Made by a program: the position numbers and the translations under genes. A stretch of DNA of 49,700 nucleotides from Actinomycetota bacterium (lineage in GTDB: Bacteria > Actinomycetota > Thermoleophilia > Solirubrobacterales > Thermoleophilaceae): NCBI GenBank assembly GCA_046729895.1, contig JBKPHP010000056.1, forward strand, positions 1 through 49,700. Direction: 5' to 3'. Below, one piece after another: positions 42,178 to 49,700 of this stretch. The notes under the pieces are model-generated. The model ran no database searches. It worked only from the letters and a program-made list of their open reading frames with translations, and was not told the origin of the DNA. How positions within the stretch are numbered: the first letter of the stretch is position 1; the number at the start of each line of letters is the position of its first letter.

Positions 42178-43259
42178 CGTGTGGTTCCTCCTCTCGTCGT
42201 CCTTACGAGACGCGTGGCCGCGGCCTTCCAGGAGGCAATGACCATCGCACCCGTCTCCAGTCCCAGCTGCTCCGCGGCGGCCTCCGTGACCTCGGCGGCA
42301 AGGGGCTGGGAGCCCGCCAGCCCGAGCCGCACGCGGTTTCCGATCCTGGTCATCGAGAGCACCTTGACGGAGAGACGGTTCTGGGCAGAGCCGTGGGGAC
42401 GCTCGCTCGCCGGCCCGATGGCTATCTCCCACGGGTAGACGCTCGCCGCGACCGCCCCCTCGGCGACATCCGCGCTCACGACCTCTCCGCCCCCGTCGAG
42501 CTCGACATGCGTGAGCCCGTCCGCTCCGGTTTGGGCGGTGCCGGTCAGCACCACCGCTCCCGTGAAGTCCGCGACGAAGGCGGAGCGCGGCGCGGCGGCG
42601 AGCTCGCTCGGCGTGCCCTGCTGCACGACGCGGCCGTCGTCGATGATCCCCACCCGGTCGCCGAGCTGCGCCGCCGCCGCGAAGTCATGCGTGACCAGCA
42701 GCGCCGGCGCCTCGGTGGCACGCAGCACCTCGGCTAGCTCGCGGGTCGCCCCGGCGCGGGTACGGGCGTCGAGCGCCGACAGCGGCTCATCGAGCAGCAA
42801 CACTTCGGGTCTACGCGCGAGCGCCCGAGCCAGCGCGACACGCTGGCGCTCCCCGCCGCTGAGGCTGCCTGGTCGTGCGTCGGCCCGCTCACCGAGGCCG
42901 AGCCGTTCGAGCAGCTGGGCAGCCCGCGCGCGCCGCTCCCGCCGCCCGAGCCGGCGCAGCGGGTAGGCCACGTTCTGCCAGGCGGTCAGGTGCGGGAAGA
43001 GCGCGTAGTCCTGGAAGACGTAGCCGCAGCGGCGCCGCTCGGCAGGCACGTCGACGCCGCGCGCGGTGTCGAGCCAGGTCTCGCCGTTCGCCTCCACGCG
43101 GCCCTCGGCGGGATGCAGCAATCCGGCGGCCACCCGGAGCACGCTCGTCTTGCCGGCGCCCGAGGGACCGGCGAGCGCGAGGCACTCGCCGGGGTCGACC
43201 GCCACCGCGACATCGAGCCCAAGGGCGCCGACCGTCGTGCGGACCTCGACGCTCAGCAC
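42174..43259 (-). CDS. modC: molybdate ABC transporter ATP-binding protein with C-terminal TOBE domain
   Basis: Walker [10 protein letters not shown], signature LSGGERQRV, Walker B LLLDEPLS, and a C-terminal TOBE-like domain ([21 protein letters not shown]...). Confidence 0.9.
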   Translation of the reverse strand: MLSVEVRTTVGALGLDVAVAVDPGECLALAGPSGAGKTSVLRVAAGLLHPAEGRVEANGETWLDTARGVDVPAERRRCGYVFQDYALFPHLTAWQNVAYPLRRLGRRERRARAAQLLERLGLGERADARPGSLSGGERQRVALARALARRPEVLLLDEPLSALDARTRAGATRELAEVLRATEAPALLVTHDFAAAAQLGDRVGIIDDGRVVQQGTPSELAAAPRSAFVADFTGAVVLTGTAQTGADGLTHVELDGGGEVVSADVAEGAVAASVYPWEIAIGPASERPHGSAQNRLSVKVLSMTRIGNRVRLGLAGSQPLAAEVTEAAAEQLGLETGAMVIASWKAAATRLVRTTRGGTTR

Positions 43260-43268
43260 GGTCGATCC

Positions 43269-44075
43269 TCACTCCGCCTGCCAGCCGCGAAGCGCGGCGC
43301 CGCCCTGAACGAACTTCACCGCGAGCAGGATCGCCGCCGACACCGCGACCAGCACCGCCGACAGGGCAAGGGCGGCGTCGAAGTTGGTCGAGAAGCGGTC
43401 GTAGATCGCGAGCGGCACGGTCTGGGTGACTCCCTGGAACGACCCGGCGAACATCAGGGTCGCCCCGAACTCTCCCAGGGCGCGGCCGAGAGCCAGCGCC
43501 ATGCCCGAGGCGAGGCCCGGCAGCGCCACCGGGATCATCACCCGCAGGAAGCCGTGCGCCTCGGAGGCACCGAGGGTGCGGGAGGCGTCCAGGAGCGACC
43601 GATCGACGGCGGCGAACGCGGCCATCGCCTGGCGGACGTAGAACGGGGAGCTCACGAACGTGAGGGCCACGACTACGCCGGCGGTCGCGAGTGAGAGCTG
43701 GATACCCGCAGCCTCCACCGCTCCCCCGAGGATCCCCGCCGGGCCGACCGCCGCCAGCAGCGCGATGCCGGCCACCGCGGGAGGCAGCACCAGCGGGAGC
43801 TCGATGAGCGTGACCACGAGCGCCTTGCCACGGAACGACCGCGAGGCAAGCAGGTACGCCGCCGGGGTACCCACGATCAGGATGATCGCGATCGAGATCG
43901 TCGTGGTGCGCAGGCTGAGCCAGAGCGCATCGAGCGAGCCCTGCTCACCCAGGCTCGAGATCAGATCGGCGGGGCTCGAGCCTACGAAGATCGCGACGAC
44001 CGGCACCGTCAGGAAGGCCAGCGCGACTGCGAGGCAGAGCGCGAGCAGGACCCCGAACCAGCCCGGCCCTCTCAC
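43269..44075 (-). CDS. modB: molybdate ABC transporter permease
   Basis: 268 aa, polytopic. EAA-loop region [25 protein letters not shown]. 4-bp overlap with modA. Confidence 0.9.
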   Translation of the reverse strand: MRGPGWFGVLLALCLAVALAFLTVPVVAIFVGSSPADLISSLGEQGSLDALWLSLRTTTISIAIILIVGTPAAYLLASRSFRGKALVVTLIELPLVLPPAVAGIALLAAVGPAGILGGAVEAAGIQLSLATAGVVVALTFVSSPFYVRQAMAAFAAVDRSLLDASRTLGASEAHGFLRVMIPVALPGLASGMALALGRALGEFGATLMFAGSFQGVTQTVPLAIYDRFSTNFDAALALSAVLVAVSAAILLAVKFVQGGAALRGWQAE

Positions 44076-44830
44076 GGGGCCGCGCCGAACCCCGCCTCGC
44101 GCAGCGCGTCCGCGCAGTCGCCCTGCGTGAGACCGTCGATGAACTCCTTCGCCAGGTCGGGCTGGGCCGCCTTCCTGACGACGCCGGCCCCGTAAGTCAC
44201 CTGCGGCTCGAGCTGCTTAGGCAGCTTGATCGCCTTGAGCTCCCCGCTCGCGGCGTTGACGTCGGTTGTGTAGACGAAGCCCGCGTCGGCAGCCCCCTGT
44301 GTGAGCTTGCCGACGACGCCCTTGACGTCTGGCTCGTTTGAGCGCACGTTGGCGAGGGTGGACTTCTCCTGACCGGGCGGCAGCTTGGCCAGCGTCTCGC
44401 GCGTGTAGGAGCCAACTGGCACGGACGCCGAGCCGATCACCAGCTTCGTCCCCGGCTTTGTGAGGTCACGGATCGAGTCGATCTGGGAGCCCCCCCGAAC
44501 GGCCAGGACGAGCTCGTTGGTGGCGAACTTCACCGGCGTGTCCAGGAGTGCGTCCGAGTGGAGCTGGTCGGGGAGCTCGGTGTTGGCGGCGGCATAGACG
44601 TCGACCTTCGCCCCTTGGCGGATTTGCGCCGCCAACTCGTTGGAGCCGGCGAACGAAAGCCTCACGCTGGCGTCGTCGGCCTTGTCAAACTGCGGCGCGC
44701 AGGCCGTGAGCGCTTCCTTCATCGACGCCGCGGCGGACACCACGAGCCGGGTGGACGCCGAAGCGCCCCCGCCGCCGTCATCGCTCCCACACCCGGCGGC
44801 GATCGCCGCACAGGCCGCCAGCAGTGCCAC
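44072..44830 (-). CDS. modA: molybdate-binding lipoprotein
   Basis: Lipobox AIAAGCGS. ModA signatures VSAAASM, SFAGSNELAAQI, DVYAAAN and GFVYTTDV. Confidence 0.9.
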   Translation of the reverse strand: MALLAACAAIAAGCGSDDGGGGASASTRLVVSAAASMKEALTACAPQFDKADDASVRLSFAGSNELAAQIRQGAKVDVYAAANTELPDQLHSDALLDTPVKFATNELVLAVRGGSQIDSIRDLTKPGTKLVIGSASVPVGSYTRETLAKLPPGQEKSTLANVRSNEPDVKGVVGKLTQGAADAGFVYTTDVNAASGELKAIKLPKQLEPQVTYGAGVVRKAAQPDLAKEFIDGLTQGDCADALREAGFGAAP

Positions 44831-44838
44831 AGCTCTCC

Positions 44839-45240
44839 TCAGTCACCGCTCCTCTCGACCATCACCGACGTCGCCTTGACCGCTGCCGTCGCTGCGACCC
44901 CCGGCTCCAGCCCGAGCTCCTCGATTGCGTCGCGAGTCACCGCGGCGGTCACCAGATGCGGACCCGCCTCGATCTCCACAAGCGCCATCACGCCGTCGAC
45001 CTCAACCGAGCGAACCACCCCCGGAAAGCGGTTCCGTACCGACAGCGCTTCGCCGGTCCGATGGCGCTCCGGTCGGCCGGACAGGCGCTCGATCTCGCGA
45101 CGCGACACCCGACGGCGATTGGCGCTGTCGCGCGAAGTGCGGAGCCTTCCCGCACGCTCCCAGCGGCGCAAGGTGTCGGGACTCACACCGATTGCGCGCG
45201 CTGCCTCGCCGAGCAGAACTCCCTCAGCCGCTTCGGCCAT
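44839..45240 (-). CDS. MerR/excisionase-type HTH fused to a TOBE domain: candidate molybdate-responsive regulator
   Basis: N-terminal LLGEAARAIGVSPDTLRRWERAGRL (HTH) and C-terminal SVRNRFPGVVRSVEVDGVMALVEIEAG...AAVKATSVMV (TOBE/Mop). It is the first gene of the mod operon. Confidence 0.85.
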   Translation of the reverse strand: MAEAAEGVLLGEAARAIGVSPDTLRRWERAGRLRTSRDSANRRRVSRREIERLSGRPERHRTGEALSVRNRFPGVVRSVEVDGVMALVEIEAGPHLVTAAVTRDAIEELGLEPGVAATAAVKATSVMVERSGD

Positions 45241-45302
45241 TGCCTAAGCATTACACAGGCAAGTGCCGAGCGCACGTCCACCGACTCGCGCAACCGACCT
45301 GA

Positions 45303-45791
45303 TCAGGCGAGCGCGTCCCCGGCGGCTCGCCTGCGCTGGCGCTCCAGCCTTTGCCGCTGCGATCGGGCACGGTTGGCGAGATTCTCCAGGTCGATGCCGC
45401 GCAGGCGAGGGTCGGCGCCGTGGGTGGCCAGAAGCGCCTGCCAGAGAGCGAGCTTGCCCGTCACTCCCAGAGAAAGCGCCTCGAGCTCTTCGAGTCGGCT
45501 GAGCGGCGAGTAGCGGACGAGCTCCCCGTTCAGCTTCAGGCGACCTACCTTCTCGGCTCCCCACGACAGCGCAACCTTCAAGCGGTCCTGTCGCACGGAT
45601 AGTCGACGCATGATCTCCACGAGCGCCGCGCGGTCCTCGTGGATCTCGTCCGCCAGGCCTTCGAGCACCCTGCCGTAGCTCGTGGATCGATTGCTCCCGG
45701 CTGCGCGGCGGGCCAGCTCCGACCCCAGCGTCGCGCCGGCCAGATGATCATTCAGGTAAATCGAGAGACGGTCGTGGCCGAGCCCGAGCAT
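45303..45791 (-). CDS. hypothetical all-helical protein, coupled to the FAD-Rieske gene
   Basis: ATG at 45791, 5 nt after the upstream stop. MLGLGHDRLSIYLNDHLAGATLGSELARRAAG... I recognise no family. The longer tracked start would overlap the Rieske gene. Confidence 0.6.
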   Translation of the reverse strand: MLGLGHDRLSIYLNDHLAGATLGSELARRAAGSNRSTSYGRVLEGLADEIHEDRAALVEIMRRLSVRQDRLKVALSWGAEKVGRLKLNGELVRYSPLSRLEELEALSLGVTGKLALWQALLATHGADPRLRGIDLENLANRARSQRQRLERQRRRAAGDALA

Positions 45792-45796
45792 GGCGC

Positions 45797-47371
45797 CTAG
45801 CCCGGCTCCGGGGGATCGCGGCGGTCGAGCGGGTGCACCGCCGGTCCCTGGAGCACCGAGCCGTCGGGAGCAAAGCGGGAGGCGTGGCAGGGACAGTCCC
45901 AACTCCGCTCGGCGTCGTTCCAGTTGACGATGCAGCCGAGATGGGTGCAGCGGGCTGCGACCGCGTGCAGCCGGCCGTCGTCGTCACGCGAGATCGCCAC
46001 CTGCCGGCCGTGTCTCGAGGCCACCTTCCCGTCGCCCGGGCGGAGAACTTCGGCGGAGTCGGCGGAGCGTCGCGTGATCCGGTCGGCTACGAAGTGGAAG
46101 CCGACGTTGGCGTTCTCCTTGGCCAGGTCCAGGCTCGAGGCGAGCGGGGTGAGCCGGTTCGTGTCGAAGAACGGAGCCCAGGGATTGTCCCGGCCCGCGA
46201 TCGCGTCGGTGATCATCTCGGCGGCCGCAGCTCCCATGGCGAGGCCCCATTTGCGGAAGCCGGTGGCGGTCCACGTCCAACGCGACCTGGGGGTCAGCTT
46301 GCCGATCAGAGGAGCGCCGTCGGCAGAGAAGTTGTCCTGCGTCGACCAGCGGTGGGTCACCTCGTCGATGGCGAAGTGCTCGCGGGCGAACGCCTCGAGC
46401 GCTCGGTAGCGGGGGCTGGTGGGCCCGCCCTGGCCGACCTTGTGGCCCTCCCCGCCGACGATCACCAGCTCCCGCCCCTGGAGCCGATGGAAGCGGATCG
46501 AGCGGGTGGGCGAGGAAGCGCTGATGAACATTCCCGGAGAGGAGGCTGGGCTGGCGAGCGGCGCCGCGATGCAGTAGGAGCGCTCGGCGTGCATGCGGGC
46601 GAAGAAGAGCGCGCGGTCGGGGAACGGGTAGTGGGTGGCCACGACCACGCGCTCCGCGGTGACCCGCCCGCCCGTGGTCTCGACTCGGCAGGGCTCGCCG
46701 TCCCGCAGGGCCGCGGCGCGCGTGTGCTCGAAGATGCGTCCGCCGGCCCGCTCCAATGCGTCCGCCAAGCCGGCGAGGAACCTGACCGGGTGGAACTCCG
46801 CCTGGTCGTCGAGCTTGACAGCGCCATAGGCGGGGAAGGGCAGCCAGAGGTCCCTGACCGAGGACGCGGGGAGGCCCGCGGCCCTCGCCGCGTCCGCCTC
46901 CTCCTCGACGTCCGGCAGGTCCTCGGGTGACGCCGCGTACGTGTAGTTGGCGCGACGGCGGAACTCGCAGTCGATACCGAGCTCTTCCACCAGCCCGGCG
47001 ATGCGCGCGAGTCCCGCCTCGTTCGCCGCCGCGTACGCGCGGGCGCCGTCCTCGCCGAGGCGGGAGGCGAGCTGCGCATAGACGAGCTGATGCAGCGAGC
47101 TCAGCTTCGACGTCGTGTGACCACTCACCCCGGTCCCCGCTCGGCCCTTGTCGACCACGGTCACCTCGAAGCCCTCGCGCCGCAGCAGCAGGCCGGCCAC
47201 AAGCCCGGTGATCCCGGCGCCGACCACGAGGACCTCGGTGTCGATGTCCCGATCAAGAGCGGGATAGGAGGTACCGGGCGCCGTAGCCAGCCAGAGGGAG
47301 GCAGTGGGCGGCACCGTCGTTGGACGGGGGTTCCTCGAGTCCGGCGGCATTTCGCATCTCTCGATACCCAT
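45797..47371 (-). CDS. FAD-dependent (DAO-type) oxidoreductase fused to a C-terminal Rieske [2Fe-2S] domain
   Basis: N-terminal VLVVGAGITGLVAGLLL...VVDK and C-terminal CTHLGCIVNW...WDCPCHASRF (CxH...CxxH). The start is 47371 or ATG 47350. Confidence 0.85.
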   Translation of the reverse strand: MGIERCEMPPDSRNPRPTTVPPTASLWLATAPGTSYPALDRDIDTEVLVVGAGITGLVAGLLLRREGFEVTVVDKGRAGTGVSGHTTSKLSSLHQLVYAQLASRLGEDGARAYAAANEAGLARIAGLVEELGIDCEFRRRANYTYAASPEDLPDVEEEADAARAAGLPASSVRDLWLPFPAYGAVKLDDQAEFHPVRFLAGLADALERAGGRIFEHTRAAALRDGEPCRVETTGGRVTAERVVVATHYPFPDRALFFARMHAERSYCIAAPLASPASSPGMFISASSPTRSIRFHRLQGRELVIVGGEGHKVGQGGPTSPRYRALEAFAREHFAIDEVTHRWSTQDNFSADGAPLIGKLTPRSRWTWTATGFRKWGLAMGAAAAEMITDAIAGRDNPWAPFFDTNRLTPLASSLDLAKENANVGFHFVADRITRRSADSAEVLRPGDGKVASRHGRQVAISRDDDGRLHAVAARCTHLGCIVNWNDAERSWDCPCHASRFAPDGSVLQGPAVHPLDRRDPPEPG

Positions 47372-47446
47372 AAGCCGTCTGCCAAACCCCTGCGTCGCGC
47401 GAGTTCCCGCGCGCCGAGGGAGGCACCCAGGCGCCGGGTGCGCCCC

Positions 47447-47929
47447 TCAGGCGGCCAGCGAGACGAACTCGCCCACGATGGCACCGTAGGCCACGTGCAC
47501 GAGCATGGTCACCACGGGCGTCGAGGTGCCGTAGTTCAGAAGCAGGAAGCCTGGTGGCTCGAGGAGGGGGCTCGCCTCGGCTGCCGTCGTAGGCGTTCCC
47601 ATGCGCGGGTGGATCACGGGTAGGAGGATGTTGACGAGCGCGGTGCCCGCAAACATCGCGTGGATCGCCCCGAACAGTGCTCCCAGCCACCAGCTCGCCT
47701 CGTCGATCGCTTGGAAGACGGCGTAGTAGACGAGCGCGAAGCCGAGTCCGAACAGGAAGTGCAGCATGTAGCCGGCCGCCTTGGCACGCACGCGGTCGCT
47801 GAAGAACGCGGTTCCGAGCAGAAACGGGATGTCCATGCGGGTCAGGTGAAACTCGCTGGCTGCGCGCAGCCCGCTCGTAAGGACGATCGTCCCCACGAAC
47901 CCGCCGGCGAGCGCGCCCCAGACGCTCAT
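47447..47929 (-). CDS. small polytopic membrane protein, unknown function
   Basis: 160 aa from the ATG at 47929, with about four hydrophobic helices. ATGA overlap with the GH15 stop. The 5' extension of the tracked ORF is an Arg-rich artefact. Confidence 0.7.
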   Translation of the reverse strand: MSVWGALAGGFVGTIVLTSGLRAASEFHLTRMDIPFLLGTAFFSDRVRAKAAGYMLHFLFGLGFALVYYAVFQAIDEASWWLGALFGAIHAMFAGTALVNILLPVIHPRMGTPTTAAEASPLLEPPGFLLLNYGTSTPVVTMLVHVAYGAIVGEFVSLAA

Positions 47930-49700
47930 CCCCGGGCGGCCTCCGAGAAGGCGACCGCGGCGTTGATCAGGCCCAGGTGGACGAGGCCCTGCGGGTAGTT
48001 GCCCAGGTACGCGCCGCTGTCGGGATCGATCTCCTCGGCATAGAGCCCAACGTCGTTCGCCAGCCCGAGCAGCTCGTCCATGAGGTCCGCCGCCTCCTCC
48101 AGTCGCCCCCGGCGGGCGAGCGCCTCGACGAGCCAGAAGGAGCAGGCGGTAAAGGCGCCCTCCCGGCCGCTGAGCCCGTCCTCGCCGCGGTACCGGTAGA
48201 GCAGCGGACCCGCCCCGAGCTCCGCTCGGATGGCATCGATTGTGCGGTCGAGGCGGCCCTCGTCGGGTGGGCGATAACCCATCAGCGCGCTGAACAGGAG
48301 GCTGGCGTCGAGCTCGTCGGCGTCCGCATGGCGGACGTAGCTGCGGCGCTCTTCCGACCAGCAGCGGCTCTCGATGAAATCGGCCACCTCCTGGGCGGCC
48401 AGGCGCCAGCGCGCGGCGTTCCGTCCGGGGATCTGCCCCTCTTCGGCGAGCGCCGCGGCGCAGTCGAGCGCGACCCAGCACATCACCTTCGACTGCGTGA
48501 AGTGGCGCGGCTCGCTGCGCACCTCCCAGATGCCGGCGTCGGGTTCCCGCCAGAGCTCGCAGACCGCGTCCGCGACGTCGGCCAGGCGCCGGCCGGTGTC
48601 GCGATCGATGGCGCCCGCGGTCAGGGCGAACCGGTGGGCCGTCTGCAGGAGCTCGCCGTACACGTCCAGCTGGCGCTGTTTCCCCGCTTCATTCCCGACG
48701 CGAACCGGGCGCGAGCCCGCATAGCCGGCAAGCGGCAGCTCGCGCTCGGGGGTGCGGGCCCCCCCGTCGAGCCCGTAGAGGACGCGTACCCGCGGATGGG
48801 TGAGCTGCGATGCGTGCAGCAGCCACCAGAAGTAGGCGTGCGCTTCGCTCGGACAGCCAAGCGCGAGGAAAGCGTCGAGCGTGAATGCCGCGTCGCGGAC
48901 CCACGAGTAGCGGTAGTCCCAGTTTCGCTCGCCGCCGATGTCCTCGGGCAGCGAGGTCGTGGCCGCGGCTGCGATCGAGCCGGACGGCGCGTAGACGAGC
49001 AGCTTCAGGGCGAGGGCGCTGCGGATCACCGCCTCCCGCCACGCCCCCTCGTAGGAGCGAGCGCCGGCCCACTCCGCCCAGAAAGAGGCCGTCTCCTCGA
49101 GGCGAGTCTCGGCCTCGCCACGACCTGGTAGCACCAGGGGCTCCGCGTGAGTAGCGGCGAGCGCGATCAGCGCTCGCGAGCCCGGCCCGGTGGTGAAGCG
49201 ACCTGAAACCGCGCCGTCGTCGACCTGCGCGCTACCGGCCTCCCAGCTGCAGACGGCCAGCGCGTCGGCCCCGGCGCTCGCCACCGGGATGCCGGCCCGC
49301 CGGCCGAGCCGAGCTCGCCGTCCGCCGTAGCCGAAGCGGGGCACGACCCGCCAATGCATCGGGACAGCCCCGGCGAGCCCCTCGACGCGTCGCACGAGCT
49401 CCCGCTGCGGCGCCAGGCCGCTGCGGGGCAGCGTCATGGCGTCGAGCACGCGAACCGTGCCCTGGCCGGTGGTGAAGGTCGTCTCAAGGACGTTCGTCTC
49501 GGGCAGGTAGCGGCGCTCGGCGGCGAACCGGGCTTCCGGGACGAGCTCGAAGCAGCCGCCCCTGTCGACGCCGAGAAGCCCGGCGAACACGCTCGGCGAA
49601 TCGAGGTCCGGCAGGCAGAGCCAATCGACCCGCCCGTCGCGCCGGACTAGCGCCGCGGTTCGCCCGTCGCCGATCACCGCGTAATCGCGGATCGGTGCGT
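47926..49700 (-). CDS. glycoside hydrolase family 15 (glucoamylase/trehalase-like); N-terminus outside the window
   Basis: (PIRDYA)VIGDGRTAALV...DWLCLPDLDSP...NWDYRYSWVRDAAF...YRY fit GH15. The frame stays open past 49677 to the window edge. Confidence 0.9.
   Translation of the reverse strand, partial: APIRDYAVIGDGRTAALVRRDGRVDWLCLPDLDSPSVFAGLLGVDRGGCFELVPEARFAAERRYLPETNVLETTFTTGQGTVRVLDAMTLPRSGLAPQRELVRRVEGLAGAVPMHWRVVPRFGYGGRRARLGRRAGIPVASAGADALAVCSWEAGSAQVDDGAVSGRFTTGPGSRALIALAATHAEPLVLPGRGEAETRLEETASFWAEWAGARSYEGAWREAVIRSALALKLLVYAPSGSIAAAATTSLPEDIGGERNWDYRYSWVRDAAFTLDAFLALGCPSEAHAYFWWLLHASQLTHPRVRVLYGLDGGARTPERELPLAGYAGSRPVRVGNEAGKQRQLDVYGELLQTAHRFALTAGAIDRDTGRRLADVADAVCELWREPDAGIWEVRSEPRHFTQSKVMCWVALDCAAALAEEGQIPGRNAARWRLAAQEVADFIESRCWSEERRSYVRHADADELDASLLFSALMGYRPPDEGRLDRTIDAIRAELGAGPLLYRYRGEDGLSGREGAFTACSFWLVEALARRGRLEEAADLMDELLGLANDVGLYAEEIDPDSGAYLGNYPQGLVHLGLINAAVAFSEAARG

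Noticed and set aside
45241-45302. Possible molybdenum-cofactor riboswitch upstream of the mod operon
   Set aside because: Only 62 nt are available and I see no extended conserved stem architecture. The operon instead begins with a protein regulator carrying a TOBE domain.
1-49700. Search for mobile elements, toxin-antitoxin pairs, restriction-modification, CRISPR-Cas or other defence genes
   Set aside because: I recognised no transposase, integrase, recombinase, phage structural gene, Cas protein, methyltransferase-nuclease pair or terminal inverted repeats. The only nuclease is a housekeeping-type 5'-3' exonuclease.

Overview
Very GC-rich, gene-dense chromosomal DNA with Actinomycetota-like protein families, GGAGG-type ribosome-binding sites and many 4-bp ATGA/GTGA gene overlaps. 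I can support about 55 protein-coding genes. I found no rRNA, tRNA, CRISPR array, transposase, integrase or phage gene, so this reads as core or accessory-metabolic chromosome rather than a mobile island.

Recognisable blocks:
- an HxlR regulator divergent from two translationally coupled HtrA-like proteases
- an NlpC/P60 cell-wall hydrolase
- an aldehyde dehydrogenase and an alpha/beta hydrolase
- a partner-switching module: a membrane PAS-GAF-PP2C-HATPase protein plus a STAS protein
- a PhzF / PAS / MBL group
- an ECF sigma factor fused to its own zinc anti-sigma and transmembrane segment
- two OmpR-type two-component systems
- an S58 peptidase divergent from a GHMP kinase
- a frameshifted DHA2 MFS transporter
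- a stand-alone 5'-3' exonuclease
- a sugar ABC operon with a Gfo/Idh/MocA oxidoreductase
- HAD, SDR, SPFH-NfeD and Qor genes
- a lipid-modification cluster: SDR, membrane desaturase, CFA-synthase-like methyltransferase and FadD, interrupted by a cydA relic
- class II fructose-bisphosphate aldolase
- a complete molybdate operon (HTH-TOBE regulator, modABC, mop)
- a FAD-Rieske fusion and a GH15 glycosidase

I see no clear-cut new multi-gene system such as a defence island. The most unusual items, in order:
1. the single-chain sigma/anti-sigma/TM protein, apparently expressed from a leaderless transcript
2. the fused phosphatase-kinase partner-switching module
3. a small tail-anchored protein with a conserved tandem peptide repeat of unknown family
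4. a shared inverted-repeat motif around a convergently arranged two-component system
5. gene-decay or non-canonical-start cases: the cydA relic, the MFS frameshift, an exonuclease with no canonical start, and a VOC gene whose N-terminus lacks a start codon

All functional calls come from motif recognition by eye. Nothing was searched against a database.
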